Part shown: positions 49,052 to 58,895 of the stretch, one piece after another
Numbering within the stretch: position 1 is the first letter of the stretch
How the letters are laid out: every line of letters starts with the position of its first letter
Assembly (NCBI RefSeq): GCF_044324785.1
Contig: NZ_CP172127.1
Source: Escherichia coli
GTDB lineage: Bacteria; Pseudomonadota; Gammaproteobacteria; Enterobacterales; Enterobacteriaceae
DNA length: 64,000 bases
Direction: 5' to 3' (one strand)
Notes under the pieces: model-generated
What the model was told of the DNA's origin: nothing
The model's input: only the letters and a program-made list of their open reading frames with translations
The model's database searches: none
Made by a program: the position numbers and the translations under genes

Positions 49052-50953
49052 ATGTCAACCGGATTACGTTTCACACTGGAAGTGGACGGCCTGCCACCGG
49101 ACGCTTTTGCGGTGGTCTCCTTTCATCTCACCCAGTCACTCTCTTCACTTTTTTCCCTAGACCTTTCTCTGGTCAGTCAGCAGGTTCTCTCCCTTGAATT
49201 TGCGCAGGTGCTGGACAAAATGGCCTACCTGACGGTATGGCAGGGCGATGACGTACAGCGCCGGGTGAAAGGCGTGGTGACCTGGTTTGAACTCGGGGAG
49301 AACGACAAAAACCAGATGCTGTACAGCATGAAGGTGCGCCCGCCGCTGTGGCGGGCAGGACTGCGTCAGAACTTCCGTATCTTCCAGAACGAGGACATCA
49401 GAAGCATCCTCGGCACCATACTGCAGGAAAACGACGTCACGGAGTGGAGCCCGCTGTTCAGCGAGCCGCATCCTTCCCGTGAGTTTTGTGTCCAGTACGG
49501 TGAAACCGATTACGACTTTCTCTGCCGGATGGCAGCGGAGGAAGGCATCTTCTTCTATGAGGAGCACGCGCAGAAAAGTACCGACCAGAGTCTGGTGCTG
49601 TGCGACACGGTCCGCTATCTGCCGGAGTCCTTTGAAATCCCCTGGAACCCGAACACCCGTACCGAGGTGAGCACCCTCTGCATCAGCCAGTTCCGCTACA
49701 GCGCACAAATCCGTCCTTCCTCCGTGGTGACCAAAGACTACACCTTTAAACGCCCCGGCTGGGCCGGGCGTTTTGACCAGGAAGGCCAGCATCAGGATTA
49801 CCAGCGCACACAGTATGAAGTGTATGACTGGCCGGGGCGTTTCAAGAGCGCCCACGGGCAGAACTTTGCCCGCTGGCAGATGGACGGCTGGCGAAACAAC
49901 GCAGAAACCGCGCGGGGAATGAGCCGCTCGCCGGAGATATGGCCGGGACGGCGAATTGTGCTGACGGAGCATCCGCAGGCGAACCTGAACCGGGAATGGC
50001 AGGTGGTGGCGAGCGAACTGCACGGCGAACAGCCGCAGGCGGTGCCGGGACGGCGGGGCGCGGGGACGGCGCTGGAGAACCAGTTTGTGGTAATCCCGGC
50101 AGACCGGACGTGGCGGCCACAGCCGAAGCCAAAGCCGTCAGTGGACGGTCCACAGAGCGCCGTCGTGACGGGGCCTGCGGGAGAGGAAATCTTCTGCGAC
50201 GAGCATGGCCGGGTGCGGGTGAAATTCAACTGGGACCGCTATAACCCGGCCAACCAGGACAGCTCGTGCTGGATACGGGTGGCGCAGGCGTGGGCGGGGC
50301 CGGGATTTGGCAACCTGGCGATACCGCGCGTGGGTCAGGAGGTCATTGTGGACTTCCTCAACGGCGACCCAGACCAGCCCATCATCATGGGCCGCACCTA
50401 TCACCAGGAAAACCGCACCCCCGGCAGCCTGCCGGGAACGAAGACGCAGATGACCATCCGCTCCAAAACATATATGGGCAGCGGGTTTAACGAGCTGAAG
50501 TTTGACGATGCAACAGGGAAAGAACAGGTCTACATCCACGCGCAGAAGAACATGGATACCGAGGTGCTCAACGACCGTACCACCACCGTAAAACACGATC
50601 ACCGCGAAACCGTAAAAAATGACCAGACGGTCACGATCCAGGAAGGTAACCGCCTTCTTACGGTGGCAAAAGGCCACAAAATCACAGGCGTACTAAAAGG
50701 GTCCTTATCTGAGGATGTCTTTCAGGACAGAGGCACGATTGCCGGTTCAGTGCATGTTGACGCTGTAAACAATGGTGGCGAAGGCGACGGTATACAGGCT
50801 TATACGGCGATTAAGCAAATTATGCTGGCCGTGGAGGAAAGCAAAATTGCGCTGACGCCGGATGGCATTCAGCTACAGGTCGGGGAATCGACGGTAATCA
50901 GGCTGTCGAAGGATGGCATCACCATCGTGGGCAGTTCTGTTTTCATCAACTGA
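49052..50953 (+). CDS. vgrG: Rhs-linked VgrG (type VI secretion spike protein), 633 aa
   Basis: ORF-track frame 49016..50953; start at MSTGLRFTLEVDGLPPDAFAVVSF with GGAGG ribosome-binding site; gp27/gp5-like VgrG sequence. Confidence 0.9.
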   Translation: MSTGLRFTLEVDGLPPDAFAVVSFHLTQSLSSLFSLDLSLVSQQVLSLEFAQVLDKMAYLTVWQGDDVQRRVKGVVTWFELGENDKNQMLYSMKVRPPLWRAGLRQNFRIFQNEDIRSILGTILQENDVTEWSPLFSEPHPSREFCVQYGETDYDFLCRMAAEEGIFFYEEHAQKSTDQSLVLCDTVRYLPESFEIPWNPNTRTEVSTLCISQFRYSAQIRPSSVVTKDYTFKRPGWAGRFDQEGQHQDYQRTQYEVYDWPGRFKSAHGQNFARWQMDGWRNNAETARGMSRSPEIWPGRRIVLTEHPQANLNREWQVVASELHGEQPQAVPGRRGAGTALENQFVVIPADRTWRPQPKPKPSVDGPQSAVVTGPAGEEIFCDEHGRVRVKFNWDRYNPANQDSSCWIRVAQAWAGPGFGNLAIPRVGQEVIVDFLNGDPDQPIIMGRTYHQENRTPGSLPGTKTQMTIRSKTYMGSGFNELKFDDATGKEQVYIHAQKNMDTEVLNDRTTTVKHDHRETVKNDQTVTIQEGNRLLTVAKGHKITGVLKGSLSEDVFQDRGTIAGSVHVDAVNNGGEGDGIQAYTAIKQIMLAVEESKIALTPDGIQLQVGESTVIRLSKDGITIVGSSVFIN

Positions 50954-50980
50954 TTCACTCAGATTAACAGGGAGTATTTT

Positions 50981-51442
50981 ATGCAGTTCACTTTTAATGA
51001 AGGTCATATTCAGCTGCCATCGCAATGGCAGGATCAGTCGATGCAGGTCCTGGTGTCCACAGATAACAGTGGCATCAACCTGGTCATTACCCGCGAACCC
51101 GTTCCACAGGGAACCCTGACACCAGAACTGTACCAGGAAACGCTGGCGCTGTACCAGGGCAAACTTGATGGGTACACCGAACATGCCTGCCGGGAAATCA
51201 CTCTGGCAGAGGCCCCGGCCTGGCTGCTGGATTATTCCTGGAACGGTCCGGAAGATGAAGGGAATCAGGGGCGGATTAGCCAGATAGCCGTATTCCAGCG
51301 GCGTGGAGATACGCTGCTGACCTTCACTTTCAGCACCTCCTTATCCCTGAAGAACAGTCAAAAGACGATGCTGCTGGAGGTGATAAAGAGCTTCACCCCG
51401 TTGCCACCGGAGAATGACATCCAAAAGGACCAGCCGCGCTGA
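50981..51442 (+). CDS. DUF1795-family (Eag-type) chaperone for a prePAAR effector, 153 aa
   Basis: Full ORF directly upstream of a prePAAR-Rhs gene; family call by gene context and size. Confidence 0.65.
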   Translation: MQFTFNEGHIQLPSQWQDQSMQVLVSTDNSGINLVITREPVPQGTLTPELYQETLALYQGKLDGYTEHACREITLAEAPAWLLDYSWNGPEDEGNQGRISQIAVFQRRGDTLLTFTFSTSLSLKNSQKTMLLEVIKSFTPLPPENDIQKDQPR

Positions 51443-51461
51443 CATAAACGAGGGATAACAC

Positions 51462-54400
51462 ATGAGTGAAGGACCAGGCGGGCCACAGGGAGCGACCGCA
51501 GGCGGTACGCTGGCAATGCGAATGCTGTCACAGCAGGCGATGGTCGCCAGCCAGATGAAACGGGCAGCCAACGACAAAGCCATTGCACAGATGTTGGCAT
51601 CAAAAAAGTCTGGCCCCCCCGCCGCCAGGCTGGGCGATGAAATTCAGCACAAGAGTTTTTTGGGGGCGCTGGCAGGGGCCGTGCTGGGGGCGATAGTGAC
51701 CATCGCAGAAGGTTGCCTGATTATCGCCGCCTGTGCCACCGGCCCTTATGCGCTGGTTCTGGTGCCTGCGCTGATGTATGCCAGCTATAAGGCGAGTGAT
51801 TATGTGGAGGAGAAACAGAACCAGCTTGAATCCTGGATAAACAGCTTTTGTGACAAGGACGGGGCCATCAATACTGGTTCTAAAAATGTAAACATTAACG
51901 GAAAGCCCGCTGCCAGGGCCGCCGTCACACTTCCCCCTCCTCCCCTGACTGAAGCAATACCCTCTCCACCACAGGGGGAACCTTCATGGGGGGATATTGC
52001 CACTGACCTGCTTGAATCGGCAGCGGAAAAAGCAGTGCCACTGGCGAAGGCCTGGGGGAACGCTGTTATCACCCTGACGGACAGCAATGCCAGTTTTATG
52101 GATCGCTTATGTGCAGGCACATCGCTTCTGTTTCCCTACGGCCCGGTATTAATGGAGTTTGCCACCATGGTGGGCGGGCGTGGCGAAATCAAAAAAGACG
52201 TGGATTTCCCGGAAGCCGGTGAAGACACGGCGCTCTGCGACAAGGAGACTAAACCGCCGAGGATAGCCCAGGGCAGCAGCAACGTCTTCATCAACAATCA
52301 GCCTGCCGCGCGCAAGGGCGACAAACTGGAGTGCAGCGCGGCAATCGTGGAAGGTTCGCCGGACGTCTTTATTGGGGGTGAGCAGGTCACCTATCTGGAT
52401 ATCCAGCCGGAGTTCCCGCCGTGGCAGAGAATGATCCTGGGGGGAATAACGATAGCCAGCTATCTTCTGCCGCCAGCGGGACTGCTGGGAAAAATGAAGA
52501 ATCTGGCGAGACTCGGCAAACTGGGAAACCTGCTGGGGAAAAGCGGGAAGCTGCTGGGCGCAAAACTCGGCGCATTGCTGAGCAGAACAAAAAATGCCCT
52601 GAAAAATACGTATAACGTCCTGAAAAAGTTTATCAAAGATCCGGTTGACCCGGTAACCGGCGCGTACTGCGACGAACGTACCGACTTCACCCTGGGCCAG
52701 ACCCTCCCCCTCTCCTTCACCCGTTTCCACAGTTCTGTACTGCCACTGCATGGCCTGACGGGCGTGGGCTGGAGCGACTCCTGGAGCGAATACGCCTGGG
52801 TGCGTGAACAGGGAAACCGGGTGGATATCATCAGCCAGGGAGCCACGCTGTACTTTGCCTTCGACGGAGACAGTGATACGGCGGTTAACCCGTATCACGC
52901 CCAGTATATCCTGCGCCGCCGCGACGATTACCTGGAGCTGTTCGACCGTGATGCCCTGAGCAGCCGCTTCTTTTATGACGCCTTTCCGGGAATGCGCCTG
53001 CGCCACCAGGTGACCGGCGATACCAATGATGACCGCCTGGCACACAGCCCCGGTGACCGGATGTACATGCTGGGCGGAATGAGTGACACCGCCAGCAACC
53101 GCATCACGTTTGAGCGCGACAGTCAGTACCGGATCACGGGTGTCAGTCACACCGACGGGATCCGGCTTAAACTGACGTACCACGCCAGCGGCTACCTGAA
53201 AGCCATTCACCGCACGGATAACGGCATACAGACGCTGGCGACCTACGAACAGGACGAACGGGGACGGCTGACAGAAGCGGATGCGCGGCTGGACTACCAC
53301 CTGTTTTATGAGTACGACGATGCGGACCGGATCATCCGCTGGTCCGATAACGACCAGACGTGGAGCCGTTTCACCTACGATGCACAGGGCCGGTGCGTGA
53401 CCGTCACCGGGGCGGAAGGCTATTACAACGCCACGCTGGACTATGGTGACGGCTGCACTTCCGTGACGGACGGCAAGGGCATTCACCGTTATTACTATGA
53501 TCCTGACGGCAATATCCTGCGGGAAGACGCGCCGGACGGCAGTACCACCACGTATGAATGGGATGAATTCCATCACCTGCTGGCCCGCCACTCCCCTGCC
53601 GGACGGGTGGAGAAATTTGAATACAACGCCGTACACGGTCAGTTAAGCCGTTACACGGCGGCAGACGGCGCGGTGTGGCAGTACCGCTATGATGAGCGCG
53701 GCCTGCTCAGCAACATCACCGACCCTGCCGGGCAGACGTGGACACAGCAGTGTGATGAACGCGGCCTGCCGGTAAGTCTGGTGTCGCCACAGGGCGAAGA
53801 GACCCGGCTGGCGTACACGCCACAGGGGCTGCTGTCGGGGATATTCCGCCAGGATGAACGGCGTCTGGGCATAGAGTACGACCACCACAACCGGCCGGAA
53901 ACACTCACCGACGTGATGGGCCGTGAACACCACACCGAATACAGCGGTCACGACCTGCCGGTGAAGATGCGCGGCCCCGGCGGTCAGTCAGTGCGGTTAC
54001 AGTGGCAGCAGCACCATAAACTGAGTGGCCTTGAGCGGGCAGGAACCGGCGCGGAAGGATTCCGCTACGACCGCCACGGCAACCTGCTGGCGTACACGGA
54101 CGGTAACGGCGTTGTCTGGACAATGGAATACGGCCCGTTCGATTTGCCGGTGGCGCGAACGGACGGTGAAGGCCACCGCTGGCAGTACCGCTACGATAAA
54201 GACACGCTGCAACTGACAGAAGTCATCAATCCGCAGGGTGAGTCATACCGTTATATTCTCGACAACTGTGGCCGGGTGACGGAAGAGCGTGACTGGGGCG
54301 GCGTGGTCTGGCGTTACCGCTATGACGCCGATGGCCTGTGTACCGCCAGGGTTAACGGCCTGGAGGAAACTATCCTCTACAGCCGGGACGCCGCAGGCCG

Positions 54401-56324
54401 CCTGGCAGAAGTCATCACCCCGGAAGGCAAAACGCAGTATGCGTATGACAAATCCGGCAGGCTGACGGGTATCTTCAGCCCGGACGGCACATCACAGCGC
54501 ACCGGCTACGACGAACGCGGGCGGGTGAATGTCACCACTCAGGGCAGACGGGCCATTGAGTACCACCACCCCGATGAACACACCGTTATCCGCTGTATCC
54601 TGCCACCGGAAGATGAACGCGACAGACACCCCGGTGAATCCCTGCTGAAAACCACCTACCGCTACAACGCCGCCGGAGAACTGACGGAGGTTATCCTGCC
54701 GGGGGATGAGACGCTGACGTTCAGCCGTGATGAGGCAGGACGTGAAGTGCTCCGGCACAGTAACCGGGGTTTTGCCTGTGAACAGGGCTGGAATGCAGCC
54801 GGTCAGCTTACCAGCCAGCGCGCCGGATTTTTCCCGGCGGAAGCCACATGGGGCGGACTGCTCCCCTCACTGGTGCGGGAGTACCGTTACGACAGCGCGG
54901 GCAATGTGTCGGCTGTCACCAGCCGGGAAGACTACGGACGGGAAACACGGCGGGAGTACCGGCTGGACCGGAACGGCCAGGTCACAACGGTGACAGCCTC
55001 AGGCACCGGGCTGGGCTATGGCGAAGGCGACGAGACTTATGGCTATGACAGCTGCGGCTACCTGAAGGCGCAGTCTGCGGGCAGGCACCGGATAAGTGAA
55101 GAGACTGACCAGTATGCCGGAGGCCACCGGCTGAAACAGGCCGGAAACACGCAGTATGACTATGACGCCGCAGGCCGGATGGTCAGCCGCACCAGACACC
55201 GTGACGGCTACCGCCCGGAAACAGAGCGGTTCCGGTGGGACAGCCGGGACCAGCTGACCGGGTATTGCAGCGCACAGGGGGAGCAGTGGGAATACCGCCA
55301 CGACGCCAGCGGCAGGCGGACGGAAAAACGCTGCGACCGGAAGAAAATCCGTTTTACGTACCTGTGGGACGGCGACAATATTGCGGAAATCCGGGAATAC
55401 CGCGATGATAAACTGTACAGCGTACGGCACCTGGTGTTTAACGGCTTTGAGCTGGTAAGCCAGCAGTGCAGCCGGGTACGGCAGGCGCATCCGTCCGTGG
55501 CCCCGCAGTGGGTGACGCGAACGAATTATGCGGTGAGCGACCTGACAGGCCGCCCGCTGATGCTCTTTAACAGTGAAGGTAAAACCGTCTGGCGGCCGGG
55601 ACAGACCAGCCTGTGGGGGCTGGCACTCAGCCTGCCCGCAGACACCGGCTACCCGGACCCGCGCGGGGAACTGGACCCGGAAGCCCCCCCCGGCCTGCTG
55701 TATGCGGGACAGTGGCAGGATACGGAATCGGGGCTGTGCTATAACCGGTTCCGGTATTACGAGCCGGAAACCGGAATGTACCTGGTGAGTGATCCGCTGG
55801 GGTTGCAGGGAGGTGAGCAGACTTACCGGTATGTGCCTAATCCTTGTGGGTATGTTGATCCGCTGGGGCTGGCAAAAACCAGTATTATAAAATCTTCTAC
55901 AGGCAAAATCCCACAAGGGTTAACAAAAAGCGAATTTGAGATTTTTTCAAAAAAATTAAAGGATGTATTAGCCCGAGAGGGAATCTCGACAGAGAATGTG
56001 TTTGTACATGGCAGTAGAGCCAGAGGAGATGCTGTATCAGGTGTTTCAGATATTGATATAAAAGTGATCCTTAGTGATAAAGATTTTGGTGCCTTTGCAG
56101 CAAGACGTATTGCTGAGTCCTCAGGAAGGACTCGAAATTTAATCAGGAAGGCCGTTGCTAAAAATCAAAAAATAAATTCAAGAGGAATTTCTAAAACTTT
56201 TGAATCTACTGTATGGGATGAGGTTTTCACTACCTTACCAAAAGGTGAGTTTTCAAGCATTCAAGTTTCTGTTATGACCAAAACTTCACCATTCAACACT
56301 AATCCGAGTATTATATTACCATGA
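51462..56324 (+). CDS. prePAAR/PAAR-domain Rhs effector with C-terminal polymorphic toxin domain, 1620 aa
   Basis: N-terminal AARLGDEIQH prePAAR motif and TM helices, split PAAR region, YD/Rhs repeats, PxxxxDPxGL-type demarcation (PNPCGYVDPLGL), then an AT-rich 150-aa C-terminal extension. Confidence 0.92.
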   Translation: MSEGPGGPQGATAGGTLAMRMLSQQAMVASQMKRAANDKAIAQMLASKKSGPPAARLGDEIQHKSFLGALAGAVLGAIVTIAEGCLIIAACATGPYALVLVPALMYASYKASDYVEEKQNQLESWINSFCDKDGAINTGSKNVNINGKPAARAAVTLPPPPLTEAIPSPPQGEPSWGDIATDLLESAAEKAVPLAKAWGNAVITLTDSNASFMDRLCAGTSLLFPYGPVLMEFATMVGGRGEIKKDVDFPEAGEDTALCDKETKPPRIAQGSSNVFINNQPAARKGDKLECSAAIVEGSPDVFIGGEQVTYLDIQPEFPPWQRMILGGITIASYLLPPAGLLGKMKNLARLGKLGNLLGKSGKLLGAKLGALLSRTKNALKNTYNVLKKFIKDPVDPVTGAYCDERTDFTLGQTLPLSFTRFHSSVLPLHGLTGVGWSDSWSEYAWVREQGNRVDIISQGATLYFAFDGDSDTAVNPYHAQYILRRRDDYLELFDRDALSSRFFYDAFPGMRLRHQVTGDTNDDRLAHSPGDRMYMLGGMSDTASNRITFERDSQYRITGVSHTDGIRLKLTYHASGYLKAIHRTDNGIQTLATYEQDERGRLTEADARLDYHLFYEYDDADRIIRWSDNDQTWSRFTYDAQGRCVTVTGAEGYYNATLDYGDGCTSVTDGKGIHRYYYDPDGNILREDAPDGSTTTYEWDEFHHLLARHSPAGRVEKFEYNAVHGQLSRYTAADGAVWQYRYDERGLLSNITDPAGQTWTQQCDERGLPVSLVSPQGEETRLAYTPQGLLSGIFRQDERRLGIEYDHHNRPETLTDVMGREHHTEYSGHDLPVKMRGPGGQSVRLQWQQHHKLSGLERAGTGAEGFRYDRHGNLLAYTDGNGVVWTMEYGPFDLPVARTDGEGHRWQYRYDKDTLQLTEVINPQGESYRYILDNCGRVTEERDWGGVVWRYRYDADGLCTARVNGLEETILYSRDAAGRLAEVITPEGKTQYAYDKSGRLTGIFSPDGTSQRTGYDERGRVNVTTQGRRAIEYHHPDEHTVIRCILPPEDERDRHPGESLLKTTYRYNAAGELTEVILPGDETLTFSRDEAGREVLRHSNRGFACEQGWNAAGQLTSQRAGFFPAEATWGGLLPSLVREYRYDSAGNVSAVTSREDYGRETRREYRLDRNGQVTTVTASGTGLGYGEGDETYGYDSCGYLKAQSAGRHRISEETDQYAGGHRLKQAGNTQYDYDAAGRMVSRTRHRDGYRPETERFRWDSRDQLTGYCSAQGEQWEYRHDASGRRTEKRCDRKKIRFTYLWDGDNIAEIREYRDDKLYSVRHLVFNGFELVSQQCSRVRQAHPSVAPQWVTRTNYAVSDLTGRPLMLFNSEGKTVWRPGQTSLWGLALSLPADTGYPDPRGELDPEAPPGLLYAGQWQDTESGLCYNRFRYYEPETGMYLVSDPLGLQGGEQTYRYVPNPCGYVDPLGLAKTSIIKSSTGKIPQGLTKSEFEIFSKKLKDVLAREGISTENVFVHGSRARGDAVSGVSDIDIKVILSDKDFGAFAARRIAESSGRTRNLIRKAVAKNQKINSRGISKTFESTVWDEVFTTLPKGEFSSIQVSVMTKTSPFNTNPSIILP
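55872..56321 (+). other. Rhs C-terminal toxin domain, candidate nucleotidyltransferase fold
   Basis: HGSRARGDAVSGVSDIDIKV matches the hG[GS]-x(9-13)-DhDh nucleotidyltransferase signature by eye; sharp drop in GC at the DPLGL boundary. Confidence 0.55.
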
Positions 56325-56671
56325 AGAAAAAAGATATTAGATTTGCAATATCCATTAACTCCAACTTAAGTAAGATAGAATTAATGGAAAAAATTAAAAA
56401 TATAATCCCAGGGCTTATTGAAATAACTTCCAGTGCATTAAGAGAAGAAAAAAACATGGTAGTTATTGAAGAAAATGATCTTTATGACCCTATAAAAGCA
56501 GAGGGAGCTGATGGATGGATGTATTATAAATTCATATTATCCATATTCCCATTAAAGGGAGTGGAAACAACATTAGAATATCAACGGGAATTATCTTTTC
56601 TTTTCTTAAAGAAAATAAAAGATGCGGGCCTGTTGGGTGAACTTATATGCGAGGATGATTTTCATGACTGA
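56321..56671 (+). CDS. Putative cognate immunity protein for the Rhs toxin, 116 aa
   Basis: ATG overlaps the rhs stop (ATGA); AT-rich small ORF immediately downstream of the toxin domain. Confidence 0.7.
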   Translation: MKKKDIRFAISINSNLSKIELMEKIKNIIPGLIEITSSALREEKNMVVIEENDLYDPIKAEGADGWMYYKFILSIFPLKGVETTLEYQRELSFLFLKKIKDAGLLGELICEDDFHD

Positions 56672-56719
56672 TGACCTCTACATATATCCTCAGTTCGTGG
56701 CTGGTATTACATGATCTGA

Positions 56720-56880
56720 CAGGGAAAGATCGTGGCGAAATCAAAAAAGACGTGGATTTCCCGGAAGCCGGTGAGGACACGGCGCTCTGCGACAAGGAGA
56801 ACAAACCACCGAGGATAGCCCAGGGCAGCAGCAACGTCTTCATCAACAATCAGCCTGCCGCACGCAAAGGGGACAAACTG
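56720..56880 (+). repeat. Displaced copy of an rhs PAAR-region fragment (matches about 52180-52328), flanked by 'cagggaaagat' 11-mers
   Basis: About 150 bp near-identical to the main rhs gene; left flank carries the same 11-mer that begins the H-repeat element. Confidence 0.8.
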
Positions 56881-58171
56881 CAGGGAAAGATCACGTAACG
56901 CTGCTTTTTTGTACTAAATAATTCGCATTTTATGTTTAAAAATTGAGATATTCCTCATTACCTAAAGCTGTTTTTTATTGCTTATACATGATCAAATACT
57001 CCTTACATAATTAAGGAGAACAAAATGGAACTTAAAAAATTGATGGAACATATTTCTGTTATCCCCGATTACAGACAAGCATGGAAAGTAGAACATAAAT
57101 TGTCAGATATTCTACTGTTGACTATTTGCGCCGTCATTTGTGGTGCAGAAGGCTGGGAAGATATAGAGGATTTTGGTGAAACACATCTCGATTTTTTGAA
57201 GCAATATGGTGATTTTGAAAATGGTATTCCTGTCCACGATACCATTGCCAGAGTTGTATCCTGTATCAGTCCTGCAAAATTTCACGAGTGCTTTATTAAC
57301 TGGATGCGAGATTGCCATACTTCAGATGATAAAGACGTTATTGCAATCGATGGAAAAACACTCCGGCATTCTTATGACAAGAGTCGCCGCAGGGGAGCGA
57401 TTCATGTCATTAGTGCGTTCTCAACAATGCACAGTCTGGTCATCGGACAGATCAGGACGGATGAGAAATCTAATGAGATTACAGCTATCCCAGAACTTCT
57501 TAACATGCTGGATATTAAAGGAAAAATCATCACAACTGATGCGATGGGTTGCCAGAAAGATATTGCAGAGAAGATACAAAAACAGGGCGGTGATTATTTA
57601 TTCGCTGTAAAAGGAAATCAGGGGCGGCTTAATAAAGCCTTTGAGGAAAAATTCCCACTGAAAGAATTAAATAATCCAGAGCATGATAGTTACGCAATTA
57701 GTGAAAAGAGTCACGGCAGAGAAGAAATCCGACTTCATATTGTTTGCGATGTCCCTGATGAACTTATTGATTTCACGTTTGAATGGAAAGGGCTGAAGAA
57801 ATTATGCATAGCAGTCTCCTTTCGCTCAATAATAGCAGAGCAAAAGAAAGAGCCAGAAATGACGGTCAGATATTATATCAGTTCTGCTGATTTAAACACA
57901 GAAAAGTTCGCCACAGCAATCCGAAACCACTGGCACGTGGAGAATAAGCTGCACTGGCGTCTGGATGTGGTAATGAATGAAGACGACTGCAAAATAAGAA
58001 GAGGAAATGCAGCAGAATTATTTTCAGGGATACGGCACATCGCTATTAATATTTTGACGAATGATAAGGTATTCAAGGCAGGGTTAAGACGTAAGATACG
58101 AAAAGCAGCTATGGACAGAAACTACATGGCGTCAGTCCTTGCGGGGAGCGGGCTTTCGTAATCTTTCCCTG
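56881..58171 (+). mobile_element. H-repeat (ISAs1-family) insertion sequence, complete copy, about 1.29 kb
   Basis: Terminal inverted repeats cagggaaagatcacg (left) and cgtaatctttccctg (right); contains an intact transposase ORF. Confidence 0.85.
57025..58161 (+). CDS. ISAs1-family (H-repeat-associated) DDE transposase, 378 aa
   Basis: Full ORF with AAGGAG ribosome-binding site; [50 protein letters not shown]... typical of E. coli H-repeat ORF-H proteins. Confidence 0.88.
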   Translation: MELKKLMEHISVIPDYRQAWKVEHKLSDILLLTICAVICGAEGWEDIEDFGETHLDFLKQYGDFENGIPVHDTIARVVSCISPAKFHECFINWMRDCHTSDDKDVIAIDGKTLRHSYDKSRRRGAIHVISAFSTMHSLVIGQIRTDEKSNEITAIPELLNMLDIKGKIITTDAMGCQKDIAEKIQKQGGDYLFAVKGNQGRLNKAFEEKFPLKELNNPEHDSYAISEKSHGREEIRLHIVCDVPDELIDFTFEWKGLKKLCIAVSFRSIIAEQKKEPEMTVRYYISSADLNTEKFATAIRNHWHVENKLHWRLDVVMNEDDCKIRRGNAAELFSGIRHIAINILTNDKVFKAGLRRKIRKAAMDRNYMASVLAGSGLS

Positions 58172-58174
58172 GAC

Positions 58175-58396
58175 ATGACGATTATTGTTCGTTCAAATCC
58201 GAGTAAAGCCGCTATTCTTGAAGAATTTTTACATGGTACACAAGAGAAACTAGGAATAGCTGAAAAATTAGGACGTTATGGACTAGGGAGTGCAGAAACG
58301 CACGTTAAGGATTTCATGATAAGACACAAAAAAATGCTTGGGTTATCTGATGAGGATGTAGCAATACTCAAAATATTGAAAGACAAGGGGTTGTGA
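58175..58396 (+). CDS. Hypothetical small protein, 73 aa (possible toxin C-terminal remnant or immunity protein)
   Basis: ATG 3 nt after the IS right end; ORF-track frame 58139..58396 begins inside the IS. Confidence 0.35.
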   Translation: MTIIVRSNPSKAAILEEFLHGTQEKLGIAEKLGRYGLGSAETHVKDFMIRHKKMLGLSDEDVAILKILKDKGL

Positions 58397-58683
58397 TGAA
58401 TATAATTCTGCCGATAAAAGATATATTTATTATTGCGGGAAACATAGTTTTTAGCGTTTTATACAATGAACATATTGAGTTCCCATGCCGCTGCCAATTA
58501 CTATCTTCAAATTCTGAAGTTATGCAAGAGTTATATATTGAAAAAGAGTTATTTATTAAACGCACTACAGAAAATGATTGTCGTGCTTTAGTGTTAAGAG
58601 GAACATTGGAATACTTATTTGATGAAATTATTGCTGGCGATTGTGCATTGGCCTTATTACAAAAAGAAATAAAAAAAGATTAA
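58393..58683 (+). CDS. Hypothetical protein, 96 aa, candidate orphan immunity protein
   Basis: ATGA overlap with the preceding ORF; AT-rich; position within the Rhs orphan array. Confidence 0.45.
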   Translation: MMNIILPIKDIFIIAGNIVFSVLYNEHIEFPCRCQLLSSNSEVMQELYIEKELFIKRTTENDCRALVLRGTLEYLFDEIIAGDCALALLQKEIKKD

Positions 58684-58895
58684 TCCAATATGTAGAACTG
58701 GACAATACCCATCTTTTAACAATGAACTTCGTAATTTTTATCTTAGAAATAATGCTACATTATATGAGGTATATCATGAAGTAATTCATGCCAAGCAATT
58801 TGCGAAAATATTTCTATCGGAGGTGCTGATGCACCATCTAATATGAGACTTATGGATATAATGACACATACAACTCATCATAAATATTACAGGCC

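Noticed and set aside
49157-50023. 288-aa minus-strand ORF antisense to vgrG, plus several Pro/Ala/Arg-rich ORFs at 49798-50677
   Set aside because: Low-complexity translations typical of antisense frames in GC-rich coding sequence; fully contained in vgrG.
52149-53636. 495-aa minus-strand ORF (and 54999..55916, 305 aa) antisense to the rhs core
   Set aside because: Lies entirely inside the GC-rich Rhs repeat region, where the opposite strand is stop-poor; no ribosome-binding site or recognisable motifs; sense-strand Rhs identity is unambiguous.
56671-56898. 75-aa ORF downstream of the immunity gene
   Set aside because: Chimeric frame reading through the displaced PAAR fragment into the IS end; no independent start context.
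57206-57610. 134-aa ORF in an alternative frame inside the H-repeat transposase (and its twin at 63350..63754)
   Set aside because: Nested out-of-frame within a well-supported transposase CDS; present only because the IS is duplicated.
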